A stretch of DNA of 62,670 nt, counting the filler, from Dimargaris cristalligena (taxonomy: Eukaryota): NCBI GenBank assembly GCA_003614675.1. It is 6 parts of 6 records of this genome, joined end to end, with 100 filler letters (N's around TTAATTAATTAA, not from the genome) between each part and the next. Parts side by side here need not be neighbours in the genome. Positions count along the whole stretch, not along the records: positions 1 to 10,375 come from ML003190.1; positions 10,476 to 20,848 come from ML003191.1; 4 more parts are not named here. One strand, 5' to 3'. The translations under genes and the position numbers were made by a program. The stretch's first letter is position 1. The number at the start of each line of letters is the position of its first letter. Below, in pieces: positions 1-12,575 of the stretch. The notes below the pieces were generated by a model that was given only the letters and a program-made list of their open reading frames with translations, was not told the DNA's origin and ran no database searches.

Positions 1-685
1 TCACCCAGTGTTTTACCCAGCATCAGCCAAGGACTTCAACCAGAAGTCAATTTTTTGTTTTTCTTAATTTGTTTATCTTATTTTTCAGTATGTAGCCACT
101 GTGGCTCCTCCAGCACCTAACTCTGACAATGGGAGTTTAGGAACATTTCATGTGGAGCATTTTGCACTATACCCTAGTTTGACCTCCAAGTACAGTTCTA
201 ATCTAACCCAACTAGCTGAAGGACCATTTCCTAAGTTCTCCATGTTGCACCCAGGTGCCTTGAGCCCTCCAAACCTGATGTCCAGTGACCCTACCAACCC
301 CTGGGAGGACAAGGGGTCCAACCCCAGCCTTAGTCCCAGAAGGGAGGGGCCTCAAACCACTGGCCCAATACCAGCCACCATCCAATGAAATAGGTGTTGG
401 AGGAGCATGAGCTGGGCTTGTACTACTGATGTATCTTGTGTAGCACCAACCAACTAGTGAGTCTTGCCATTGGTGTAACTTGGGGCTGGGATTGTCCATC
501 TCTAGTTAACTACTGACTGGCAGCATCCTACCTATAGGTTTCCTATATAAAAATAAAACCAAAGGCCACACTCATAGGTGGAAGTGAGGGCACAGTAGCT
601 AAAATGAGTGTTGTGCAATCTTTACAGGACTTGGTAGGGAGCTATTTTTTGTAAAGTTGGGAGCAGCTAGGGTGAGTAAATGGTA
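1..685. other. CpG-free stretch, probable decayed repeat/transposon relic
   Basis: No CG dinucleotide in 1-685 despite moderate GC; only short unrecognisable ORFs; same composition as the Tc1 relic at 48431-50350. Confidence 0.4.
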
Positions 686-1623
686 CGGATGGCACTGGGG
701 GATTTATTATAGCCAGGTCAAAATAGGACTATAGAGAATTGTACTCCAGTCCTCGATTATAACTATAAGGGAGAGGTTCAACTAGGCTACATAACGAAAT
801 AATCATTTGGATGAAGCAAAGATTACTGGTTAAAAGCAAGTCACCCACCTATTTTCCGATATACATAATCCATAGCCCTATACAGTTGGGCCGAATTCCA
901 CTCATATATATGCCACTTTTATAGTGATTTTAATACAAATTGTTTTTTCAACTTTTGCCTTGCCAATGGGCCATACATGTACTCAAACTTAATGTACGAT
1001 AGTCAGTTTTACACATGCGCATCTATAATACCGCAGTATGCTTTTTGGACTAATTTTACTGTTTCTTTTATAAATACAGCCTAGTTTACTACCCACTTTT
1101 CATTCCAAATACTTTACAGTGCGATAGATTTCGCCCCTATAATTAATATAATATAGTCGCTGACCCTTGGGAAATTAAAAGGAACGGGGAGACAGCTCCT
1201 AGGACTGATTTATTTGTATTGGGAGGATTACCAGATATCTGGGCCCAATAAATCTGCCCAAAGCAATAGGCGGGAGGGCCATTCCCTTGTGTTGTGACTA
1301 TGCGGAGCGTAGTCTTTCAACGTATCCTATCACATGGACAGTAGAAGGGATAGAAATAGGCCAGCTATGTACTATTATACCCAATTCCGCCCCGTCTAAA
1401 GGATTCCCTTCTCCTCACTATCCACATCTCTGGAGGGGATTACCCTCCCACTGACCTGAGCGAATTCCCCCTTCCACAAGGGTTTCTAATTCCAACCCCC
1501 CAAAACTTCATTCCCATTTTTTACGTTTCCCACTTTCCTGCATTCTATTTTCGCCTGTAGCCCCTCCATTACACCTTCTTTTACTACCCCTAATTATTAT
1601 CATTTGTCGCAAAATTTCCCAGC

Positions 1624-2745
1624 ATGTCCAAACCACGGTCCGACACCACGGCCTCCTCGTTCATCGACAGCCTGCCCAGTATATTCCGCGAACGCACCCG
1701 CACGACCATAGGCACCCCTACTACCACATCTTCACCCGCCGATACCGTCCATCGTTGGTTATCGAATCGGTCACGCACGGCCTCGGTGGACGACCTCTCC
1801 GTTCGGGCCCGGACACGCACCGTGAGCGGGACCAGCCACTATTGGGACACCCTCATTTCCCAGCGGGGTGGCGGTGGGGGAACACTAGCTACCGCAGCGG
1901 CGGCGGTTGCTGCTACTGCTGGTGAGGGCGGTAGCGGACGTGTTGGTGGACATGGTGCGGGGATGCCGGGACATGGCCATTCCGTCACTGCCCCAACATC
2001 CTCCCAAGGGGGTGGTGGGCCCTTGTCCCCAGATATTAATAACCCCCACCAATTCCACACCACTCAAGTGCAGGAAGCGACCTTTAAACTCGCCAATAAT
2101 ATCGAACACGTGGTTCAGGGCGAACTATCAGGTAGGGAAATACAACAATACTAAGCTCCGAAGTAATAGGGACGCCTTAAATCCCAATCTAGTTTCCCCT
2201 CCGGAGGTGTTAATGAGAGGGGTGAGGTGGTCTTGTGAGATGTAGAAACGTAAAGAAAGACATAGGTCACTCCCCTCTTCTCCCTATATTTGCACCGGTG
2301 CACTATCCATCACCACTCCCAAAAATCAACGCCCGTTCATCCAAAGCCTGGATTTCTGGCTTGGCGATTTATTACGGGTCTGAATGCAGCGGTCTAATTC
2401 TAATTCATTTATGTATAAAACTATCCGATATACCACGACTGTTCGGGGGGCCATATGACAATCCGGGTTTCTTCATTCCTTTCCTGCTCCTCAGCGGTAA
2501 CCGAAGACCTCCGCCTTATCGAGAAAATCAATATTGTCACCCAGGACAAATACGAAGGCCTATCCGCCACCGTCCAGGACATGATGGTCACTTCCTCCAA
2601 GATTCAGCAGGCCTACTCAGAAATGGAAGAGTACATGGATCAGGCTGATACTGTCTGTCAACAAATCCAGGACCTCGAGGACATGGCCAAGCAACTGGAG
2701 GCATGCTCGCGACAATTGGAAATAAAGTTCCGTCGTTTCGATTGA
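1624..2745 (+). CDS. BLOC1S2: BLOC-1 complex subunit 2 (BLOS2) with long disordered N-terminal extension; exons 1624-2131, 2495-2745
   Basis: Spliced C-terminal coiled coil VQGELS/AVTEDLRLIEKINIVTQDKY...YMDQADTVCQQIQDLEDMAKQLEACSRQLEIKF matches the BLOC1S2 pattern (GELTATSEDYKLLENMN...LEAKYK); GTAGGG..TCAG phase-1 intron keeps frame. Confidence 0.85.
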
Positions 2746-3428
2746 CCTCTCTCCCCAGTTTGGTTTTTGGTATATACGTATATGTATGTTCTCATGGTCT
2801 CTGTCTTCGTTCGAAATTAAAAAATAATCAGGCTAACACGACAATCTGTACACTTTCACCTAAAACAATGGGGCTAGGGAAGGACTTCTATGCTCTATAC
2901 ATGATGGTTATAAACTATAGGTGATCAAGTTCGCCATATCGTTTAATGATACAATTCACTCCAGGGGTTAAGCAAATTTAATGACTAGCCATGTTTCTGA
3001 CACTGAAGAGTGAGTATCCATAACCATCCGAATCTCAGCTCCACCTCCAACTATTCTTTGTAAGTCTATTAAACAACAACAGACATTCCCAAAGACAAAA
3101 TGATGTCAATTTATACGATTTTATTGCCAATCAAGTCAACCAGCCCAAATGCACCGCGAGTGAGTATGTGCGGCGTAAATGAGGAGATTACAATGGTCAT
3201 GACACCAAGGCATCTATATAATTACGTAGAAACCACCCAACTCAAGTGCCCGTCATCGTATACGACTATGAAGAAAGACGGTAGTGGGGAAAGGGGGGGG
3301 GTTTATATGAGGAGGGATTTGAGGGGGGGGAGGTAGAAGATTACACTTATGACGGGAAGGGGGGATTCGAACAAAGAGGCGGATATTCTCCCCAGTCGGA
3401 GCCAGAGAGGTCAGCAATATGAAAGAAT

Positions 3429-4367
3429 TTACTGGGCTTCCTCTTCGGGGGCAGTAGCAACGGCACGGGCTGTAGTAGACGATAGATAGACAAACATGGG
3501 TAGAACAAACAATTAGCAACCATTTCTCATGGTGAGTGGGTACGAAACATGAGTCGGGGGCCTTGAAAGCCAGCGCGATGAAGAGATTCCCTCACGATGT
3601 GAGGATAGGATAGTAGAGCGATTCCAACCAAAAATAACGAAACCATATAAACTAGTTCGACTACTTACTGTAGATCATCTGAGAGCTGTGGCTGGACACC
3701 AGGCGGATGGAACCCAAAGTTTCCAATTCGCGGAGGGCAGCACGGGCCAGGGAGCCGGAGATGCGCAGACGGTCGACGAGGACGGAGGGAGTGATGAGCT
3801 TGTAGGCGGGCACTTCCTTGGTCAGCTTCTCGAGGGTAGGCTGGTCAAAGGTGACGGCGTTGTTGGCCTTGTCCTTGACCTTTCCCTTGGACCACTTCTT
3901 CTTCTTGTTCTTGCCACCGCTGGAGGCGCTTTTTCCGGCAACGTCTTTCTTCGCCTGTAAAACACATTAGAGAATTCAAAGGAAATAGGTGAAAGATTAC
4001 GAGGTGAGTTAACAAGAATGGTATGGGGTGTAAGGGGGGAACAGCCGATATTACGTTGGGGGTCAACGAACAGCGCTCTAATCAGCGTGCCGGTAGGTAG
4101 TCAGTTCTATGCATCCATCCATCCATCCAATGGTCGATCGGATAGGCAACAAACGGTTGGCGTAATCGCGTCACAGGGACATTCGAGGTGGGTTGGGTGA
4201 TTCCCTGATATCGACTGGTAGTGCACAAGCGTATCGAGAGCATCGGAGTGTCACAGGAATCGGTCGAGTAGTCGGGGCAGACGGATGGATGGATGGGTGA
4301 AGCATAGTTTGACGGGTGCTAGGCTAGGGTGGGCCGGATATTTCGAACGGGCGTGGTAACCTACCAT
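3429..4367 (-). CDS. RPS25: 40S ribosomal protein S25 (eS25); exons 4367-4365 (ATG only), 3954-3669, 3469-3429
   Basis: Minus-strand translation [38 protein letters not shown]...[32 protein letters not shown]...QMIYTRA; canonical GT-AG introns. Confidence 0.97.
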
Positions 4368-4780
4368 TGTCAATGATAGTCGATGTAAAAGTAACCGAAG
4401 AATACGATTGAGAGAGAGAAAGTTCGAAGGCCCCAGGCACGCCCGGCTGTTTTAACAATAGAGAGTAACTTGTTGGATTCTTCTCTTCCTTGCCAATATG
4501 TGGAATATGGACTAGGTTATGATGGACTCTCTAGGTGGGGGGAGGTCACCACCTGGGTCACGTGCTAATAATATGATTCGGCGGAGGTTATCCTACATAA
4601 GACGACAACGATACCCACTCCTCCGTGTATCTGGCAGCCTTCTCACCTAGAATCTCTCATCCACATTGTGGAGTGTCGAATAGTATATAGTATACACGAA
4701 AAAACCCAATGTGATGGAGTGTTTATTGTGGTCGAAAGTAGCAGTGTTCTATTTGTTGGCATATATCAACTCCTGTATTT

Positions 4781-7115
4781 CTATAGGGTTGGTGGGGATT
4801 TCGAAACAAACCCGGAGGATGAGATACGATAATCGAATTGAACAGTGGGAACAATAGGGGATTTGGCTACGGTGATGGTACGGTCGAGCGGGGTGGGGAT
4901 TGCATTCATGGGGGTATGGGACGCCGGAATTTTTTCGGTGGTTCTTCGTTCGTCACTATATCGTAGTACGAGCCGAGTGGTCACCAAGTGGGCCCAAGTA
5001 TTGCCCAGGGCCGCCGTCACAGCGGATTCATATCGGTCTAAGATAAAGGTCCAAAGAAGGGGAAATCATAATATTAAACGCGGGTTATATCCAATTTCGG
5101 GAGTCGGAGCGGCTTGGAGAAAGAGAAGTGGTGGTGTGGAGATGTAGAAGACTGACTATTTCCCGAACTCGCAATATATGGCGAAAATATCAGATACCGC
5201 GCGAAATGACTTGGCCAAACTACTTCTTACCTGAGGAGGCTATGGATGGAACACCCATCACGGTAGGCGGTCGGAAGCGGGTCGTGATTTGGTTAGTAAC
5301 GACCACGGGAATTTGAAAGGTTTCGGCGATATATTTGAGATTACTCGCTTCCCACGTCAGTAGATCTGACATTCCTTTATTATTTCCCGAAGGAGGCCCC
5401 CCACCGAACCGATGGGGCGGCTGGTTGTTGCTGGACAGTGCGTCGGGCTGGTAGTCCTGCCTGCGGTCCGCTAGATCCCGGCGCATGACAAAGGCGATGG
5501 AATCAACGATAATCAAGCGAATGCGGTGCTGAATGACCATCGGTTCGATTGCCTCAATTCTAAAATATCGTATACCGAGTTGGTTTTTCAATATGCAGAT
5601 GGCCAGTATGAAAGCGTGTATTCCATCAAGTAAAAGGCATCAGACTAAGTTAATATTATAAACAACCGGGGCGGACCCTTTATACTGTTGCTGTATTAAG
5701 TATACGGACCAAACGAATGCGGGGACAGTCGGATAGGGTTAACCCGATAAAAAATTAGGAACTAACCTGGAGCGCAGTTCGCTAACGGTCTTCGCTGATA
5801 AAACGTGAATCTTGTCTGTCATATTTTTTATAATGCTCGCTAATGTCGAATCCGGTCGACCTTGAGCACTGACAACTTGGGTCGCGATTTCCCGAAATCT
5901 AATATTTAAACACGCGGTGTTATAGGGGTTAGCCTTCTACTAAAAAGAAACGCTATATCTGATATGCCGTGGAAATAAATCGATACCCAAGTAGTAAAAC
6001 CGATTTTTGAGGCGCTACTGTAAAATAGGCGGGTATTAGCCACGTCCTCGTGGCCATATGGATTTATGACAATATGCAACTATTGGGTGTAGGTACCTTG
6101 AAGCGCTAAAGGAGCCCTCGGTATCAATATAGAGAACGCCGGCGTCCCACCCACCGAGGGCATGAGGGAGTGTAGTGGTGACTGCCACGGTTAAGCAAAA
6201 TTGGGTTTTGCCCATTCCCGCTGCGCCGACAATCTAAAGCGTTACCGCGTTTTATAAAATCAATAAAAATTAGGGCTAATCAAGCGAAGTTAGTACCGTA
6301 GGCCGTAAAACTTAAGCTCCTTACTCTAATTCCAACCATGTTATCTTGGTGGTGGGATTACAACAAGATTGCACAGATAAGGGCTGTTGCCCAACATTTT
6401 TTTAAAAATATTGGCTGAAAGTGGAAGTTACTTCCAGTCGGCACGTTAGCTAGAACTATTCGGTATATACTGCACACGTTAGTTACCTCTGATACAGAAC
6501 CATTGGGAAGGCCTCCACCCAAAGCCCTATCCAAGGCCAAATGGCGGGTCGGAAGATAACTCGGTGCTTTCCCCAACACTAGCTCGCTGTACATATCCCG
6601 TACCTGGGAGAAGAAGAAAGGAAATTAAATAAGGTTGCTAGTAGTATTAGTACAATCCCTTGGGGAATGGTAGTCACGCATAATGGTTTTTCGTTGTGGT
6701 TGTTGGCTGATTTAATACCATTGGAGGAAATGCGGATTTTTGACATGGGGTGTATACGTTATATCCTGGAAAATTAAAATAATGGGCATATACCGCAAAT
6801 AAATGGCGTTTATTCCTCATTGCCAAGTATGCTCTCTATGGATGCTACTTGTCGGTATTTCTCTTAAGAAGCCGAGGAGGAACTTACACTCGTGGCCCGG
6901 CTTGGTAGAGCATATACCACGGAACAGACGTTACGGTGAAGCTCGGCGGCTTGGGTTGAATTTAGGTCGCATAGCTCAGCAAGGTCCACTAGGGATAGTC
7001 GTAGCAGGTCCCCACAGGTCGCTACGCGGTGGGGTCCGTGGGCCGGAAGTTTGGCAAGTATGGCTGGGGCAATTTGTTTGGCGGGTGGAAGGCGATGCAG
7101 AGGACGGTGGGCCAT
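4781..7115 (-). CDS. RAD51B: RAD51 paralog, RAD51B-like, about 6 exons
   Basis: Spliced motifs LDRALGGGLPNGSVSE/IVGAAGMGKTQFC (Walker A), VLYIDTEGSFSASR, LIIVDS (Walker B), EASNLKYIAETFQIPVVVTNQIT, AALGNTWAHLVTTRL, VAKSP; these resemble RAD51B more than RAD51/DMC1. Confidence 0.88.
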
Positions 7116-8203
7116 TCTAGCCAAGGAAGAGGCGGCTGGTCGGGGGAGGACTACACTAGTGAAACCGAAAACATAAAATAGTCGTAAAAGTAGGTAGGTG
7201 GGAAGGGAAGCTGACGGTTAGGACCTGGAGGGTCTTGGTTTTTGTATGCCGTAGCCGATATTGACAGGTTTAGCATGGTCCAACAGGGAATGGGATCCCA
7301 TGGGCTCTTTTACTTTGTATGCAGTCCCCCACCCATAATAATTACACTGTCGAAAACGATGCAACCAAAGACTGTGGCGACTTTCGGAGTTTTGGCTTAT
7401 TTAGGGCCGATACAGAGGTGTGCTACTGGGCCACTCTAGACTGAGCCTATTTTTACAGGGACTAAACCCTAACCTATATATGTAAATACAAAGATTAGAA
7501 ATGACACTCAGTTGGCCAGGATCTAAATAATTAAATAAGGCTTGGTATAGCTCTATCCTATTGCGGGATGTTGTGTAGTTGTGGACTATCCAGACAAATG
7601 CTTATAGTAACTAATTCGACTACATTGGTAAGTAGTAAACGGCCACCGAGTTACGAGTTCAGCATTCGTTGAGTTTAGCCCCAAAGTCGTAAAATAGTGA
7701 TCAATGGACTAATTTGAGCCGGATAGGCATGTAGTCCCGCCATGGTCGTATCCTCTCCATATAATTAACATGATACTGACGTCGCATGAGCAACGGGGAC
7801 TGGTCATTACATATACAGAGATGGGGTTCTTTTCTCCCCTAATACGACATTGCGTAAATGGCCTCCAAGCCAATACCTATAATAGATAGTAGACCTAAAT
7901 AGTTCTTGGAGACCACAGCATGGGTGATATGGTGGGAAAGGGGTGGAATCTATACTATGTATAGGCGAGGTGTCACAATACCAACTCCTTTGCACACGAC
8001 CGCGGAGGGGATGCGGGGAACTGCAAGTCGCTCTGAAACCCCCTAAGCCAGAGCCCGTGTTTCGTTAGTATTCTACGTCCCATCACCCTTTCCTCTGTTC
8101 ACTTCAGTACTACCCAACCCCATTCTCCCTCTCTAGTCCCTTCTACTCTATCTCCGACCTATTTTTTTTATCTAGCTATAGATATTTTTCCCTAGCCACC
8201 ATT

Positions 8204-9673
8204 ATGAAGGCCTTGAAGGATGTCACCGCCGCCGAGCTTAAGCCGCTAGCCAGTGATGCCTCGCCGCAAGTGGGCCAGGCCCACCTCCAACGCCGCGCGC
8301 TCATCGCCGCTCAGCCCACCATCACCGTTGCCGAGGCCCTGAACATTCTGGCCACCCACAATATTATCTCGCTGCCCATTTACAGCCATTACCAGGCCGA
8401 CAAAATCGTCAATATCGTCGACATTCGGGACATTCTGGCTTATGTGACCAGTCTGCCTCCGAACCAGACCCCTGACCCGAACGTCGCCCACGCCCCTTCA
8501 GCGGTGCCCGAGAGTTGGAAGCAAAAGCTGGAGTCCAGTATCGAGGCAGTCATGACCCTCGACCCGGCTAAGGAAAGCTACCGTTTCTTCCAGTGCGAGG
8601 TGCAGGACTCTATCCGTCGGGTAAGTGAGAGGCTTGTTTATATATATCCATATATATATATATATATAAATTGGTTAGGTGTTTTCTAAACCAGGTACAG
8701 AGGTGTCTACATCCCCGGGCCAACTCGAAAATCGGGCGTGTGTAATGATATCGTAGGGGCCTACCTAGGAATATACCAGTCAGAACCACTGTACAAGGGG
8801 GAATACCCCCCCCTTCTCCTTCATCTCTAAACCCTTCGGAACGCTTTCACTAATTGTTGTAATTTTCCTCGCTGCTAATGTTGTGTATCCCACCCTCCCC
8901 CCTTCCCTATCATTAGGTCATTGCCGCCTTCAGCTCGGGTATCCATCGGGCTCTAGTCGAAGACTACTCGGACTCGCCTCGCCACCCCCATCCCTCGTTC
9001 CTACTGACCCAGACCGATATTATCTGCTACGTCTTTGAACATCCCGACGTTGTACCTGCCAATCTGCTCAACGCCTCCCTACGCGAACTGTTCCCCAACG
9101 CCTTTAACCACCCCTTGTTTACCGTGCGTAACACTGATACGGCCCACTCGGCCCTCCAGCGCATGGACTGCGAATATCGCACCGCAGCTGCCGTCCTAGA
9201 CGAGTAAGTATAACCCACAGGGTGATTGATGTTTGACCACATACGAATATTTACGCCTGGGGCATATTGGATCACTACCTTTTAATCCCCGACTCGGCCG
9301 GGGCTCGTCTATTTAGAAGCACATCTGCCCTCCCTAGATCTAACGTCGTCCATCGGGGACCTATTTAACCCACCACTGTATGTTTCCCCTCAGATCCGGC
9401 CGCATTGTGGATAACATGAGCGCCTCCGACCTGCGCGGCCTTACCGAATCCGCCCTGTTACTGTTATACGCACCCGTGGTCAACTTTTTGGAACGGCTCA
9501 ATCCTCGCCGTGGATCCCCCATTACCGCCCAGGAACACACCACCCTGCGGGATTTGATTACCCAGGTGTGGGAGAATCGGGTTCACCGCTCGTGGGTGGT
9601 CGACGACCAACAACACCCCATCGCAGTCATTACCCATACCGACATCATTGCCCTCTTCAACGAACGACTGTAG
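8204..9673 (+). CDS. Tandem CBS-domain protein (Sds23/AMPK-gamma-like); exons 8204-8620, 8917-9203, 9394-9673
   Basis: CBS motifs TVAEALNILATHNIISLPI, IVDIRDIL, SGIHRALV, LLTQTDII, NMSASDLRGL, RVHRSWVVD, VITHTDII; in-frame GT-AG splicing. Confidence 0.85.
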
Positions 9674-10375
9674 AGTCGGCTTTTTCACCAATTTCCCTAA
9701 CTAATGCTCGCCCACATCTTTTCTTTTTTCTCAGTTCAACAGGGGGTTTAGCCAAAGTTGATTAACCTACTAAGGAATCGGGTCCATTAATTGGTCGTTT
9801 GTTATTTTATTACTATTGTTTTTTACTATACCTGTATTTGTGTTTGTTCGGATCGCTTATGAGGTTTGGGTGGGTCATCCAAATTAACGGTTGGAATTGG
9901 CAAAACCGGAATTCTATCCGAGCCAGGCGGAGTTGGTTTCTATTTTTATAAAGTACTATCTAAGTCTGCCCTATTGATCATTAGCTAGTGTTGGGTGCGT
10001 TTGCCGTCCAGTAATTACAGAGGGACCATCAGGGGAAGGGTACTATGCCCAAGGGGTTGATTCTTAGCTTGACACGTCGGGTGAAACCAGCCTTAAGTAT
10101 CGGTATATCGAGAGGGGTACGAGGTCTTACTTTATGCCCCTAACTCCGCCCTTAGGTCTAATATCCGAAGAACTAATGTTACAAATCTTGAGTAGAGCCC
10201 GTCCCTCCTCAAGGGATAATACAATAATAATAAAGAAACAAAGTTACCCAACGCACCTCTTCATTTTGATATTCTCTCTAGCGCTTTTTATTCACCGCAC
10301 TCACCACCGCTGACCTTGGTCTAAGTTCGTTGACGGTTCCGCGTTCTCCCATACTGCTCAGGGCTCATTCCCGCT

Positions 10376-10475
10376 NNNNNNNNNNNNNNNNNNNNNNNNN
10401 NNNNNNNNNNNNNNNNNNNTTAATTAATTAANNNNNNNNNNNNNNNNNNNNNNNNNNNNNNNNNNNNNNNNNNNN
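10376..10475. other. Artificial contig linker
   Basis: N44-TTAATTAATTAA-N44, with stops in all six frames. Confidence 0.98.
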
Positions 10476-12575
10476 AGAAATAGGTGAGGTGATTGAATAA
10501 ATAGCACTTCTTGACCATGAAAACCCAAACCACCTTCCAAATTACCATTGTATATCTGGGACGGGGATTCCATTATTGGGGCTAAGCATGCCTACTTGTT
10601 TGGACATCTGGAAGCGTCGCCTCTACTTCTATCAAAGCTGCTCTAATTACACCCGCCATAGACACCTCTACTGCGCAATCCTTCGCATCGCCGAACGACA
10701 GTTAATATAATACAAAGCATAATATAGCTCCTGGAGGTTTTACGGCTACCCTTAATATTATATCTGAATTAAAGCCCCCACAACCCAAATTGCCGTGGTT
10801 TTTAGCATTGACTTATCCTATCGACTGCTCTGCGAGTGTTAATTTTTGAGTATAATGTTTTGGAGCCACTAACCCAGTAGCCAAAAAGATTATAGGTAAA
10901 TACACGCTGGATGTCATCTTTTCAACTGACTATTGAGCATTTTGACCTGGTTCTGACCCGAAGATAGGCAAGGAACATAGTTGACCATTTCGGACCAAAA
11001 TGGTTGCTGCAAAAAAAACGCGCGCAATTGCAATGTCGCTCTAAAAGACTATTCACCCACCAAGGAAGATAAACGATGCATAAATATTGGGACTTCTCCA
11101 GCCAATAGTAGGTCCAGCGGGTTAACTGGAATTCGAAATCGTGAAAAATATAGGCCAATGAGTAGTAATAATAGAATCCCCTCCCCATTATCGCCAAATG
11201 GTGTCGCCCTTCCTTCCCAGCAGTTCACAACTAATCTTCTTCAACTCAAAGGCATGAGGCTGGGACTATAAACGGCCCCCAACAACTCTAAAAGGCATAT
11301 TAATAGTGATAGATGAACCTGCGCCTCGAGGAAGCTGACCCCGGACACCAAATAACCCGTTGCTCCTTTTTATATGAATGAAGTTGGAATGGATAATAAA
11401 CGAAGCGGGGCGTATGTTGGGGGGGGGGCTTGCACTTAGCTGGTATTGGTACACCAATATCCCAGCTCTCTAACGCCCGAGTGCAAGCAAGGAGCTAAAC
11501 GAGCGGGGCTGGACCGATAACGACTACACACCCTTTTTTATCGCCCGTCTCGAACTGTACACGGGGCCATCTGCAAGCGTAACGAGGAATCGTGTCCTAC
11601 GAGTCACAGCCATCTCCCCTGTCCCTCAACCACGGACCGTTGTACGACACCTGACCATGCCATGTGCCACAGCCAAGTCCCTGCTGCTGCCCTCTTCATT
11701 TCGGAAGGGTGGCCAGTGTGCGCCTTTTGCCTCACCAATCATATGTAAAATCTCCAAGACATCCTCACACACTGCCTTTGCCGTTTCACCCCCCTCTACA
11801 CCATGTATGGCACTTTTTTTAGAAGAAAAAATGCGTAATAAAAATTAGAGGGACAGTGTGGGCAGTCCTGGTTTACTGCCATCGTGAATCGCTCGTTAGC
11901 CCAGTGGGCCGTCGGCGAGGTTTGAGTGTGGCATGTGTAATCCCAGCCGGTCACTTGTGCACCATTAAATCCTCCGTATCCCTCCCCCCTAGTGAAATGG
12001 TTATCTCGCCGCTACATCCCGCTTTCTGCTTATGGCTCTACAGCCACAGCCTGACGGCGCTTTGCCCTGCTATTGGTTGCGAATTGGGGTCGATGTCATC
12101 GCTGTAACGCGGTGGGGCAAGGGTGGAGAGAGGGGATACTGTACCTGCCCTTTTGGCAACACAACGCAGGGATTTTGGCACTGTCCCTTTCGGTCTCTGC
12201 TGTCCGACGGATGTACCATGCTACCTTCTCCGCGGCCCTCAGGGGTTACTGCGCTGCTCTGGTGTCGTACCCCCTTAGCTATTTGGGGTTTGTATATATA
12301 TAGGTCCTCCGTCGCACCCTCCAGTTGTACTTCATCGCACACTTTGGCGTCCCCCTTCCCCCGCATTTCTTATCTGCCCACCTACCGCGGTACAGAGTAC
12401 TACACGGTTTATCTTATCTACTTTTAGACTCATCTTCATATCCCAACACACCCCTACTTAGCATTAATAGGCTGGCGTCTTACCACTAGTCCTGTCCGAA
12501 AGCACCCGCCATATTCGTCATATATAGACTGGCTATCCCTTGCCTCTTAACCCCATTGTACAGTCGACCTCTATA

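Noticed and set aside
2941..3210. Possible box C/D snoRNA-like motifs (ATGAT.., CTGA) between BLOC1S2 and RPS25
   Set aside because: No canonical RUGAUGA box with terminal stem and no identifiable rRNA antisense guide.
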